Part shown: positions 35,809-49,778 of the stretch, piece after piece
Layout: every line of letters begins with the position of its first letter
Numbering within the stretch: the stretch's first letter is position 1
From: Balanoglossus misakiensis
Taxonomy: Eukaryota; Animalia; Hemichordata
Assembly: GCA_040954595.2 (NCBI GenBank)
Contig: CM082576.2
Span: 1,040,648 to 1,104,647 of the forward strand
Direction: 5' to 3'
DNA length: 64,000 bases
Translations under genes and position numbers: made by a program
The notes under the pieces: generated by a model
The model's input: the letters and a program-made list of their open reading frames with translations, nothing else
Told to the model about the DNA's origin: nothing
Databases searched by the model: none

Positions 35809-37162
35809 TTGCGTTTTGTCATCCGACTCGATAAACGATATATGGCGATTTACGAATATAAAAGAGATTATGAAGGTTCATTACATTATACGTTTTGTTC
35901 TATGGGCTTTGTTGGTTGTACTGTGATGTTTTGTGTCTGTACTGTGCTGCTGGTCAAGTGATATTTGTATGGAATATGAATGTAGAAGGGGTATTTTACC
36001 TGGATGAGAAACCAATTATTGTACCAGTTGTTAAGTTCAAACGTCGAAGGAATAACATAGCTCAATTGTAATCCTCAAATTCAGACATTTTGCGATTTTG
36101 AAAATTATTCTGAAACTAAATTCCTGGTTATACTTTTACTGCTGAAAACAAATTTGCAATTAATGGAACAATTTTAAAGCTATATATCTCAATCATTCAT
36201 TGTTGCTGTCAATTTCAAAATACATGTTGATGTTCCCAATTTTAAACCTTCTCGGAGACTCCAAGCAAAATAAGGAGGCCCCTTATTCATTTATGCTTTG
36301 TGTCATTATTGTCCGTGGTTGTCGTGACAAGCAATTATATATGAATAATTCATCTTGGTAATGGTTGTAATTTGTTATGTTAGCCCGTAAGGTAAGATTT
36401 CTTTCATTAAAATGTGCAAAGTGGTTAATCAGGATAAAGGGATATGGATTTTTATGCACATTTTATTAATGAGACAAAAGAGAAACAGTCATTGATTATA
36501 AGGAATGAATAGGTATATGTCAGTGTCATCAGCGAATTTTAAAGAAATATAATATAAAGTTGGCCTTGACATTTAGAAGTCAATATTAATGATTGATACC
36601 TTGAAGCTAAAAGCATTGCAATCCCAAGCCATTACAAAAGACAGCCGTCAAAGTTTCATCAAGGCCAATCAAAATGTCGTGCAGTTACCTTTAAGTGCAA
36701 TTTTGATTAAAAACCTGTCATTTGTGTCTCCCGTTTACATCTCTTTACAGACGCCCGTGGCTACAGCATGATCCACATTCGCAGGTTTCACAGCGCCACC
36801 TAACGAAACCTTTGCTTTTCTTTTGTCTTTTTGTTACGCGAGTTTTCTTCATACTTTGCCAAACTTTCCCAAGACATTTTTGAAAACAAACAGATGATAA
36901 TGGTGAAAACTGCTTTAAATGTTAAAAAAACTTTAATGCATGAATTGATACAAAAGTCAAAACTTTACATATGGTATATTTACTTGAAAAGAGCAAAGAA
37001 TTTTGAGTTTATCTTCTAACAATAACATAGTGAATACAAATCTAAATTCCCCCTCCTCTGCTTTTACAGTAACACAAACAATTTTACAGTTTGAATAATA
37101 CAAAAAATAACATTTCTTTGTACAAAATTATATGTAAATGAAGTAGAGATATTTTTCATAGT

Positions 37163-39067
37163 CTACTGCCTCATTCCTTTCCAGTAGTGAAATTTATCAA
37201 ATATTGTCTTGTATTTTTTGATAATCATCTTCCTGATATCTTCATTCCTGGTGATCACTTTGGTCAGCGGCGTCTCATTAGCTGCCACTGTGCCCATGTC
37301 AAATTTGGGAAATGGTCTGTAAAGGAAATCAATTTGATAATTAGGGTTAAAAAAAGGATGGTATTTTGTATCAAGGCAGATGTTTGCATACCACAATCAC
37401 GAAACATGTGGAAAAGACAACATAGAAACATTGAAGTAGTTTTGTTCAAAATGTTTTTCCTTCTTCATGTCTCTTCACTGTGACAGTAATGTGGCATGAT
37501 TCAGTACCAAGTAATAACATCATCTTACTGTGTATCCAGAGCTGTTTCCGAATGCTTTCTGGTAAAATGATGCACTTTCAGCTTGACAGGACTCTCTCTG
37601 GCACTTTGAACACCAAGAATAACAGAGTTGGCTACGGTCACTGTTTCACTCTTGGTAAGTGCCAATACTGTACACATATTTACAAATGTGTAGATCATCA
37701 TTTCTAACAATTTTTCATCAGTGCTGACCACAGCATCTGCAACAAAACAAAGTGTTACATGTCCATAATCAATAACTTTCTAAAATGGTGGATCAGGAGT
37801 TCACCCCCGTACCCCTCTTTAAAAGGCCCAACCTTACCATAGAAAACAATGGATATGGACTGAACCATGCTGGTGATAGGGTTAAGTCACACTGACAGGA
37901 TCTTGGAAAGTGGGATAAAGTGTTAGTATAATTGCTTACCTGCTTTATGGAAACTGAGAGGACAGGTCACATCAACATTGTTTGGATTTTCTAGAGTTCC
38001 ATTGATATCTAAATCAGTAGGCCATGTTTTGTCTACACTCTCTGCACTCCACGTAATTTCCGGTTTGATGATGTGGCTAGTCTTCAAGATCTGTCGTAGT
38101 CTTGGAATAGGAACGGCACTGACAAAACTGTACACTGTGCAGTGACTGGATATTTTGCCACGGATTTCCTCTGCCACTCCCGGCAGTTGTGAAGGTAAAA
38201 TGCAAAGAAAGAGCACGTGTACAGATGATGCTAGCATCGCATTCTGGTGAAAACATTGTACTCCTTTTTCCTGGAGTTCACCTGTGGGGTTTTGGATAAT
38301 AAAAAAGACAGAACAGTTACAAATATTACCAATTGCATACTTAGCTGTATTTTCAACATAACCTTATAATTATTTATCTGACACCTTTATATTGAATGTT
38401 CACACAAAGTTTTTCTGCCAATATCAGGTCAGTCAACTATATAAAACCTATTTACAAAGTGTAGTCACCTCTGGTCATCCTGATCACACTTACCTAAAGT
38501 TTCTGGTCTTCTCGTTGATATTTTGATGTCTTCTGGATGTACATCAGCATAAGTGAGAAGGGTGTTTACAAGGTGTGTACCAAGCCGTCCACAGCCAAGA
38601 ATTCCTATAGTCACTGGATTTCTTTCTTGTGAATCTTGTAGAAATTTTGATGATTTGGTCAATTTTGGATTTCTCAGTTCTAAAATTTCTCTCCTAAAAG
38701 GAATTAACACAACGGAATCACTCAGATGACCAAGACCCACTGTCTCGTCAAAAAGCAAAGAAAAGCATTTGCACATTCATATACAGAACTCCACCGTCAA
38801 CGGACGTAGTCTTCACTGCCGATCCCACACAGTCCACAGTCAGAGTCAGTACACTACACTGTACACATACATTACTTACCTCGCTTGGTTTAGTATTGCT
38901 ACAAAATAAGATGCTTGAGCACAAAGCGATACGTTGATACAATGACAACGTGCTCGCAGTACAAGATACTTCTTTTCTTCATCTGTCAGCGCATTTTCGA
39001 ACTGCAGGGACGGTAAGTCTCTTGTAATATCGCTGACATTCGCTTTACTCTTTAGGAGTGCCGCCAT
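37163..39067 (-). CDS. NOXRED1: NADP-dependent oxidoreductase domain-containing protein 1, 5 exons, about 363 aa
   Basis: Exons 39067-38880, 38693-38494, 38281-37940, 37736-37529 and 37316-37163 join in frame. Motifs DITRDLPSLQFE, Rossmann IGILGCGRLG, IKISTRRPETL and LFLCILPSQL. Confidence 0.88.
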
Positions 39068-41757
39068 ATTTGTTTACGTGTTTCTAAGGTCCCCTAAGCT
39101 CGCCAATGTTTGCGACTGACAGATACTGCTACTATGCTAGGGGGTTGGAAAACTAGATCCCCACAGCTCAGGGACAGCTAAAGATTTAGAAAACTGCCAA
39201 ACAATGCCAATATGTGCAATTCACTCGAAAATTGCGGGATTAACAATTTATCAATAACAGATTCAGGAGGTGTTTAAAGAATATGTGTTATTATTTCACA
39301 ATGACAGGCTGAATATAGTTAACCCCCATAGACCCCAGACACATTATATACATGATATCACATCTGGCAGAAATAAAGGAAAAAATAGAGTTGACAAATG
39401 AAGCACAACTACTTTAAATTCATTGAACCAAAAATACTAACTTTATTACAAACAAAATATCAAAATAGACATAATAGCAATAACACAGGACATTGAGTCA
39501 CGTGAGTCATGTTTTAAAATTCTTAGACAGTATACTGATTGGCAGATCTTTGGATGGCAGAATTTTCAATGATAAAAAATTGCAAAGCAGTTTAATGTAC
39601 AATACAGTGGTGAGGTTTTCAAATACTGCAGGTATCATTTATTGCGTGGCAATTAAAATAATCAGCTTCCTGGAAGAGCGCCTTCTATGGCAGAAATAAG
39701 TACCTTCGTGCAGCATCATTTTTATAACAAGGAAGACAAGTATCAATGTTTTTATATTAAAGTCACTATAAAGCAATGGTAAGAAAAACAGTTTAAGTTG
39801 TACCTTGCCTTTCTTTGGCATGTTAAATTTGTATGCAGACTAAAATAGGAGAATGCACACATGAATATCCGTTTGTTGTCTTTAGTAACAGCTTGATAAA
39901 TTGATGTCAAACAGCATCTCAGCTGTTGCATGAATAATTCATACAGTCCCTGGGTTACGACCCCTGATCTTTGTAGTGATTTAAATCACAATGTGACATT
40001 GGATGAAACTTTCTCCTAAAACAAATGAATTTCATTATGAAAACCTGGTGAATGTTTTACTCTGTTTTAAGTATAAAATGGATTACCGAACATTAAGCAT
40101 AATGTCGTTTAGGCATTCAGTTTTTAGAAACAGCAAATACATGTAATTATGTTCTTTTTTCTGTGTAAGTGGGATAAGCTATTGATAAAAAATATTCTCC
40201 AAAAACCCAACAGGTCTATGCCAAAACAGAAATGACAGTGTGTCAAATTCTCTGATCATGAGCACTGAACTAAGTCACATAACATCAACACAAATTGACA
40301 CACACACACAAACACACATATTCACAGGGTTTTGTTTCCACTGGTGTATGAACACACTCAATGTAATTCAAACACACGGCAGGGAACTTTGGCCCCAAAA
40401 GGAAGTTGTTTGCACCATTGAAACTTCACCCTTCACAACAACAGATCAATACTAATTCTGTGAAAGCTTAAAGTTTGATCAAACTACTTCTCATTCATTT
40501 ATAAAGTTATAACAACAAACTGCGTAGGTAAATTATTTTATGTAGCTATCTATGAACCTCCTGGCAATAGATAACAATTGATAACAACAGTTTGAACATC
40601 GCCATGGCTACATTCATCTAGCCTTTACTTATGCACAATGTACTTGCATGTACATTATAATTTTCATCTCCTAATACTGATTTACAACTTCATAAGTCTT
40701 AATTAACGCATTGCAAAGTTTTAATACAAAGATGCTGAATCTTTCTGATTTTTAAACACATTATTCTGCCCTACTCAAGTACAAGTAGGAAAATCAAAAC
40801 TCAAATAATTTTTGGCATAATAATAAGTACAAAAATTTTAAACAAGTTGCCATAAGTGAAGGATAAACTGCCTTCATGAGTTTGTTTTTGTCTCCATAGA
40901 TATGCTTCAATAAAAATAAAAATAAATTAATTTGATATGCTTTGACAAAAAGTACAAAATTCACTAAAAAAAGCTTCCATGATTTCCATATGAGCTGTAT
41001 TAAGACCAAACATGATAAAATATGTGTGTTTCCTATAACATGGATTTGGAAATATGGTAATTTGGTTGGAGATTTTATAATTTATTATACTTTGAGGTCT
41101 ATGAGCCAAGAAAAGGGAAACAATTTTGGCAAAATTCCTTCTTTCAGAGGACACTCATTCTGCACACAAAAAATACAGTATGCAACATTCCCATGCATTG
41201 GTAATGTTTAGGGTCAATGGGTGTGAAATAGATGATACAAGAGAAACACACATTTTTTGGCCAATGTATAATTCAAAATACTGAATATAATCAAGACTTG
41301 AGTCAATCAATTCTTTTAATTTTTATCCAAATTTGAAGTTCCTTTCATATAATGTAAATATTTCAGATGTCTAGCTGACATATTTTGCCTGAGTGGTGTT
41401 CAATCTTTGGCATTGTTTACAAACTGTACACAGACAGAATTTCTTACGATGGAATATTTCAAGGTGGTGTGGTACTTGTCTCAGAGAGAGAGTCTCTCTA
41501 TTTGTAGTTTTCAAATTTAAGAACTGGACCGTTCAATATATCATGGTGCATTTATGATATTATCCTAGGTTCATAATTGTTTGAAATCCAATAGGTACTG
41601 CTAAGTCAAGGTCATATCTGGGTCCAAATGTCAAGATGATGAGTTGTAAATCCGTTTTGAATTGCGCCATTTTTTCTGAATAGGAAATTTCATTTGTTAC
41701 TGCAGCAACATCAGACATTCCCATATTGTGAGTTGTACAAGTCTTTCAAAGTCTTCT

Positions 41758-44700
41758 TCACACAGTGGTTTCAATACCGCGCAGTCTTGGATGAAGTATC
41801 CTGGGAGATATGCCCTCATTCAGTGCATTTTCAAATTCCATCAACTGTCCCATGAAATTTAAGTTCGGTGAAATAATCGGCCGCTTGTGTTTGATGTACG
41901 CATATGCATCTGTCATTGTCATTTTTGTATGCTTCATGATGAAAGCAATGCAGAGTGTGGCTGAACGAGAAATCCCAGCTTGACAGTGAACGAGAATATT
42001 CACACCTTTGTGTCTTGCTTCATCTGCAGGGTGAAAAAAAAAGTTTCTATGTGTCAGTAATCGAGAATACATTTACACGTTGATCTAGAGCTTTATTAGC
42101 CCTCTGAAAGATATTACACTGAGCCAAATGCAGCAGATTGTAGAAAAGGGGCCAGTGGATTAATTCAGTTTACCGGCCATTATTGGATTCCATCTTGCCT
42201 TTAAACCTATATACTCATCATAATGACTTTACTGAGCTACATGCTGACAAGAATATGAAATGAGATTCTGCTGGTTAAGATTTGTCAGAACAAATGCAGG
42301 AGCTACATTAGACATAAAATGACGATGGAAAACTGATTTGCATGCTAGATTCACACACTTAACCTCTGGAGCAAAGTGTACTGCCCTCTTCCAATGAAGA
42401 GATATGCCAATCAGAATGTTAGTGTCTGCATTTATTATCAACAACTGCACACTGTGTTTGGCAATTACAGTTCCAACTCTGAAATCCTACCCAGATGTGT
42501 TAGTTGTACTGAAGAACATTTTGCAACCTTACTCAGAATAGTACAAGAAATACTGTACAAGGAATTTAAACAAAAACAATTACATTCTGGCTTTCACTGT
42601 TACTGATTATAATAAAAAAGCAATATTTTATTATTGACACACAGCACAGCCAGTGTGTATGTACCTGCCACAAAAATTATTACTATCTTGCTATCTAGTG
42701 GATAGCTTGGAAAGCTGATGTTTATTTTATGCTCTAACACAAGATGCATATCGTCAGGGATTTTTATGTGTTTGATGTCGTTATATAGCCAGAGTGGCTT
42801 CTATCTAACACACTCTCTCTCCCGGGAAGTCTATGATCATGCACTTTATCTCAACTAATCAATCCTTTCACAGACTGAACGACTGTATATGTACTGAACT
42901 CAGTCTGTGTGAAACACACGTAGAGTACATCTGTTCTGTTGTAAAGGTCCAAATGCAACCCATATCATCATCATCATCCATAAATAACGAGGCCCCACAT
43001 TTGAATACAGTGAAAGAAGGTATCACAGCTAAGCCACTTTGTAAACAGCTACCTGTATTAATTCACATGCATTTTAGGATGTGACTCTCTCATGTATAAT
43101 TCAGAAGCAGAGCACTTTTTATATTTAAAACATACGGTGTTCAATTTCAAAATTTGTGAATATACAAGACTGGGAAATTTTACAGGCCTGATGGTAATGA
43201 TGAAATGTAGACTAAATCAACCCACGCAGTTCTAATGTGTGACATGAAAACGCAATGACTAGTCAGCCTAATTACAAACCAACAAGTTCTGCAAAAGCCA
43301 ATAGAAATTGTATTTCCATCTGGATTAACCTGGCCCAAAATGAATTGCTTGGGAGAGTAATTTACGCATATCTCCATGACAACGTAACAAAGTACAGCCA
43401 AGACTCACAGTCTTAGTTTTGCATATCAAATCTTAGTGACAGTCTGTGAAGAGGCAATGATTTAACTGTCTGATACACTTTAATAAGGATATATATTGAG
43501 GAAGCTTCGTTTGATCTTGGATGGCAACAGACATGGTTGAATTACAATCCATTCATAATTATCCTGACATATAAAACTTATCTTATTGAGTCGCAATTGA
43601 AATGTCCATATGAATTTGCATGAATTTCCAACACTTTTGAAAAGATTGTATACTGCAACCTTACAACATGGCCTGTGTATTTATTCAAACATAAGCTGAG
43701 CTTCCAGAAAGTGAAAAAAAAGAGCTTCAAAGTGACACAACCAGACATTGTAATGGCAAATAGTCCGATCAATGAATTATGTAAGATTGGATTTTGTGGG
43801 TTTTAAAATGCAATGAACTTACTGATGAATTCGGAGGCCTCTTCAAAATACTGAGTCAAATTCTGTTGGCAGTTGTCAGACGCAGGCAGTCGCTTGTACA
43901 TAATATCAGATGTGTGTTCGAAGTACAGTGGAATATGTGACGTCACGTTCAGAATGTACTTGATTTGTAAACTGTCCAAGAGATTCATGTCTGAAGCATC
44001 TTTGTCTCCTCCAATGTAGAGAAAAGGTAAAACCTGTGATGGTGGAAGGTTCAAATGTGATATCCTTTCTGGTGAGAATTCACTTAACTCTGAGGGATCA
44101 TCAGTTCTCAGAGAATTTGCACACAGATTTTGATACTGCTTAACAAATGTTTGTATTCCTCCTGTGAATAAACCAAAAGAGAAGAAAAATTATGTCAAGA
44201 GTTTTTATCTCAGTCATGAAGATAAAGTGAGAAAAAAATAACAGGAGTCAGGTGTCATCTTTCCAATTCACTCGCAAAGTACACAACTGTCACATTAGAT
44301 TTCTATCTGCTAACACTTGACTGAGTCTGAAAAGAACAAACTTTAGCTTCCATTTCATATGAAAGCTCTTAAAAATGTCAAATTTGGTACTCTTTTGCTA
44401 TTTTTTAGTAATTTGTACTGACAAAGTGCAGTGAGTAGGTAAGAGATTGTTGATAGAAACTGACAAGTATAACCATTTCATCTATTCCTCTTGAATAAAG
44501 GTTTAACATTTCAGTGAAATTTTTTTTCTTTACTAAAAATCTAGGTTAGACTATTCATGACCTTCCCTTCTACCCATTTTGATATCAGAGCTTAGCTTTG
44601 ACATGGTGATAGTCAGTCATTTTGTCAGCCAATAACTCACTAAATAATCTAAGGTGTAAAGGGAATTCACAAGAATTTCTAAATCAGATGAATTGCGTTA

Positions 44701-47700
44701 AAAATGTGTGCTGAGCTTTCCTTTTTAAAACAGGATTATACCGATTAATAAACTGTTTTGAAGACGTGGCAAGATGCATGCACACTCTACATAAATACAC
44801 TTTTTATTTCATTTTTCTGATTTCTCTTGGTCAGTTCTGCAGATTTACATCTAACTAAAATTATGCGAAATCAAAAAGCCAGTTTAGCTACTTCACTATA
44901 CATGTTTTTTTATACGAAATACACATGTAATTACTGTAGCAAATTTGCTTGAGTACAACAGGCAATCAGAAGATGAAAAATTGCAAGTTATCATTGCTGC
45001 AGGCACTCCAATGTAGGTAATTGCTTGTGCTGCAGCAAGATATGACCAAAACACCAGCCTGCCAGTGATTGGGGACACACTTTGAAATGGGTAACAAGCA
45101 ACCAGACTGCTTGTATATGATGTGACACCTGCAAACATTTCTACAGGCAATAATCAATATGTTTTCCCCAACACAACCTGCTGCATTAATTCTCCCGATG
45201 CAGATTCGCACTGCTGCCACCTATTTGCTGTTTTGATCACTTGAGCCCTCAAATATCTTTCAACTGCACTGCCTGCAGAAATCATACTTTTGGATATTTT
45301 CTCAATTTTCAAGACAAAAAAACAACTAAATTTATCTCACAGCAGAAACATATCCAAGTGTATCAGAACTATATTATGGGTTGAAATTCCACATGACATG
45401 TACACTTCTACTGGTCTGTCAGTAATAATTCAATAAAAGAATGTTTGCCTTTCAAGAATTTGATTGTACGTCTCTCATGTGTATTCCATGTTCGAACCAT
45501 TTGGCTAATTTATTGCTGAGGTTTCACAGGACACATAACTACCCAGTTGTACACTTGAGGTAGTCATCATCTGGTTCATCTGGATATTGGAATGCAACGG
45601 GGTAATTCAGTTTGCAATGTGCTTCAGAGAATCAGAAGAGATGAAGACTGTCAATAAAACGAACTCCCGCTGCTAAAAGGAGACAGTTATATGTGCACTG
45701 AATTTATACAACGTTGATGATCCATCATGCTTATTTCTTTTCTTTACACACAATATGGAAGATAAACTGTTCATTATCTCTTCAAATGTGTACGACATGT
45801 CTAATCACAAAGCAAGGGGCATGAATGTGCAGGAGTATACAGTTTTAAAAGTTTCTGTCATCTTCAATGCCAAGTGCTGTATGCATCTAAATACATGTGC
45901 ATCTTTGAATAAGTATTAAGTTGAGAAATTTGCCTTGGATAAAATACAAGTAACCTTGAGAAAAAAGTTCTGAAACTTTTAAACTTAATTGACAGGGTTC
46001 GTCCCTTTTGATTGATTTTCTTCTAATCAGTTCCTCAGAGCAGTGACATCTGTTTCAACAAAGACAACCACATAAAGATACTGGATGCTCTCTCTCCTTT
46101 TTTTAACCCAACACTTTCCTGTGCGATTTATCAGTTTAGGTAGCAGTACATCAAGGTGTTTAAACAGACTTTTCACAGCATCATGCCTTAACTGTGCTGA
46201 GCATTCAGTGACATAATTCTCCCATGGGCCAAACCATCAATCACCACTCTATATGCTGTCTGGCTGCCCATACCACATAGGCCTGGCAGTCACTGGGCGC
46301 TGATAGAACTGTAAATAATATTTTATTTGATGACCGCAACAGTGAGTGAAATCTATACTGCTGGCCATAATAATCAACGGCAAAGGGAGGTCATCTTTAT
46401 GTCACATGCTATATATGGTCACAGTAACAGTAAAGGAATGCCCATGTAATATTACACGAAGTTTTATTTTGAACAAAACATCTGCTTGCTTCTGACTTTC
46501 AGAATAAAACGGAACTGGGAAGCTGTTTGCTTTATGCAGGGTGATATAATACTAGTATGTTTCTCCACTGAAAATGAACTTTGCATTTGAACAGTATTTC
46601 TTTCATAAATTTATTGAACAATTTTCTCATACACTTTTTCTTCTTCCCAAAGTTCACCGAACTTTAAAGTGAAAATTGAGCATGAATGTTTCATGGACTT
46701 TCCTTGTCAGATTTTCTTTCATTATCAAACTACTTGAAGGGTTAATAGAGGTCGCAGGCCATCAAGTTCAGTTTAAGAATGGGGTTGAGGGGAGAAAGAA
46801 TTCTTGTTAGTCAGTTAATGGTTAACTTGATTGACTACTGGTTCTACCAAGCATGTGCAGTAGCAGATAATTTTCAACAACTACATGTAATGCATATCAG
46901 ATACATCTTCTGATGCACAGACAGCAAATGTTTCCTAACTTCAACACACGTTTCTTGTTACATACCATACACAATCTAGTTTATGTAAAGAATGCTGGAA
47001 TTATCTTTTACTGACAAATGAAATTAAACAATAATTCAATTTCTACATAAAATTCAAAGTTATTGGGTTTTTTGAAGCTTTATTCACTTGACAATGAAAA
47101 ACAAAAAGAATTTAAAGAACACAGTTTAAGTATAAAATTGAAGGACGACTAAACAGTGGCTTTACAGCTCCATCACTGACAGCATTAAGAAAATATAGCA
47201 TGGCATTGTCAATATCGAAGAACAATATTTTTCTCCCTACCCCTAGGGATGAGGAATTTTTCCAGAAATATTAATGATAGGAAATAAAGTTACATTTCAG
47301 TTTTGAGTTGCAACAAAGACAGGGACTTGATTTGTCATTTTGCATTCTCAAGAAATGAAACAGGGAGTTCAGGTCAATCAAGTCTACCAGTGGATTTTTT
47401 GCAAGTTGGACAAACCACACACATCCGAAACCATTTGGTGTTTCAGTGTTTACAAACTAGTGCGGATGTGATCTCATCACGAAAAATGACATCACTTTTA
47501 ATACTACCTAGTACCTGCTCTGACCGGTTTTACTTTTAATTGAAAAAACTTCCAGTTTTATAAAACTTTGGTAAAGTGGAAAGTTAAATACAACTTTTAC
47601 AAATGTCATCCGTGAAAAGCTAAATACGCTACAGACTTTACATTGTCTATATATATCAAAGTTTGCAAACTTTTCGTTTCGTGTAAATTGTAAACAAAGT

Positions 47701-48748
47701 CGGTGAACTCTGACCCCGATACGCCGGTTCTTTGGGGACACAAACAAAGCGTGACCCGCATTTATTTATAGTAACAATGCCCCGGCCGAATGACGTATGA
47801 TACCCTATCCACAACGTAAACATGTACATGCAATACTAGTCCAAACAGACATTATAGCGATATTTCACTTTTTTTTTAAATATAATTTTTTCCCTTTCCC
47901 GGGACAAGCATTTGCATGTGTACAGTAATCGTCTGTTAATTTGTTCATACATGTTTGTACAAGCATTCTGTTTTTTTTTATTTAAAAAAAAACGCGGGGT
48001 TTTTAAAACTAGTTTTCAATTTACCGTCGTATACCGCATCGGTTTTCTTGTGATTTAGTATATATTCAAACTTACCTTTCAGAAAAAACGTGGAAACTCC
48101 TTCTTCACGCAAAGTTGTCAAAATTAAATTCAATGGGTGCATAGGCGGCAGAGAATCCAGATCACACGTATTTTCGTCGTAAACGACAACTTCTTTCGAG
48201 AAGCGTTTTTGAAAAGATGCTTTTCCCTCCGTTGAGGACACAAGATCTGATAGCGTCACTTTCCCTTGTTGAAGCCTTTTTTTGCTGAGACGGTCGGAAC
48301 AGCTGATGTTCAGAGATTCAGAAATATGGATTTTGTTGTACGACGTGAAGGGCCTGCAATCTATAATAATAATAGATTTGTGAGGTTTCATGAGTTTTGC
48401 GGCAAGTTCTCGCACTGTCATATCCCTCACGTCACCTTCGTTGTTATTACTTCGACAAGTTGTACAATTTACAGCATTAGTAAACTTGACTCTTCTTTTT
48501 GTGATTGGCATTCTATTAGCGTTCACTTCAGGTTTGAGTTGTAAATAATTTGAGTCCAAAGCGGGTGAGGGCATCCGCCGAGGCGGAGGTGTAGCAGACG
48601 GATTTCTTCTATTGATGACTGTCACTCCTCCGCCGGTCATGGGAGTCCTTGTTGTTGGCGGAGGCAAGCTACTGCTTCGAAGTTTCAGGTTTAGAGATTT
48701 TCTATCCAATTTAGGGACACACGAAGAACCACACTTGACCTCTGGCAT
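41758..48748 (-). CDS. DUSP10: Dual-specificity MAP kinase phosphatase (DUSP10/MKP5-like), 3 exons, about 425 aa
   Basis: Exons 48748-48076 (N-terminal extension plus rhodanese/KIM: [16 protein letters not shown]), 44161-43823 and 42023-41758 ([40 protein letters not shown]). The C-terminus resembles that of DUSP10. Confidence 0.88.
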
Positions 48749-49778
48749 TACAAAACAGAGAACGTGGCGGACACGAAATGCGGTTACTACAGCGATGCGT
48801 ATAAAGATCATACAATTCCGCAGAGAAAGAACGACCCAACAAAATACAGCGATGGTCGAGACATTCAGGATCGCCGTCGCGTCAACGGTTAACTCTACGA
48901 CCGATAACGCTGCCGATGAAAGTCCTGAGATAACCATTAAAATAGTTTTACACAAAATATTCCCGTCGGATGAAATTAGAAAGAGCGCGAAAGCCACTGT
49001 GTGCACTGCCGAGGTAAACACGTCTAAAGGTCGCTGATGAAAATGTATAAGAACAGAGACGTTGCAATCCTTACATGGAAGAGACCATGCCATTTTTGGC
49101 TTAAACAATGACGTCATTTTGTTACTAAATTTAAACCATGGTTGGCATTTCCGAAGATGACATCACCAAACGCCAGCGTACGAAAATACGCGAAGCCACG
49201 CGAAGCGTGCGTATTTCAGGCTATGACGTAGCCGTGACGACACATGTTTATTTATCTCATTATACAATATTCCCTTTTCAAAACATTGTCTAAATTAAAA
49301 ATAATGCACTTTACGGAGCTTTGTCTTTTTTTCCCGCTATCTCATGGCGTCGCATCGTGAAAAACGTGTTTATTTTTCTTGAGACAATTTATAAACGAAC
49401 ACACAAATATGAACACCCCGATTGACTTCTGCTTCAGTGTAAGTTTCGAATGCAATTTTTACACAAAAAGGTGTTGACACGACGTCAACGCGTCAGGTTG
49501 CTCGCCAAATAATCAAATACAGCTACTCGAGGGTTCGCCATATATTATCAATATGTGGAATTTTGTTGTTTTTTGTTGCAGTATTCCAAATCTTTCAACA
49601 CCAATCCGAAACAGAATATTAGGCCGGATGCGTTCGTTCATGCACACGCGATGGAAGGTGACTGAGATACGCTGAAATGGAAAATAATTGAAATATAACG
49701 TTTAATATATATCCAAGACTAAACTTAAAGCACTGCTTGGGACAACTGCATTCGTCGGTGATCTTGGAAATAAGCAGG
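48749..49778. promoter_or_regulatory. Divergent DUSP10/YLPM1 promoter and 5'UTR region with a CRE
   Basis: CpG-enriched; perfect TGACGTCA at 49109-49116 and CRE-like variants near 49158, 49223 and 49481. Confidence 0.5.

Noticed and set aside
48749-49117. Upstream 123-aa extension of the DUSP ORF (MTSLFKPK...)
   Set aside because: No recognisable similarity, and its ATG sits within the CRE/promoter region. It is probably an open 5'UTR; the MPEVKC start is preferred but not proven.
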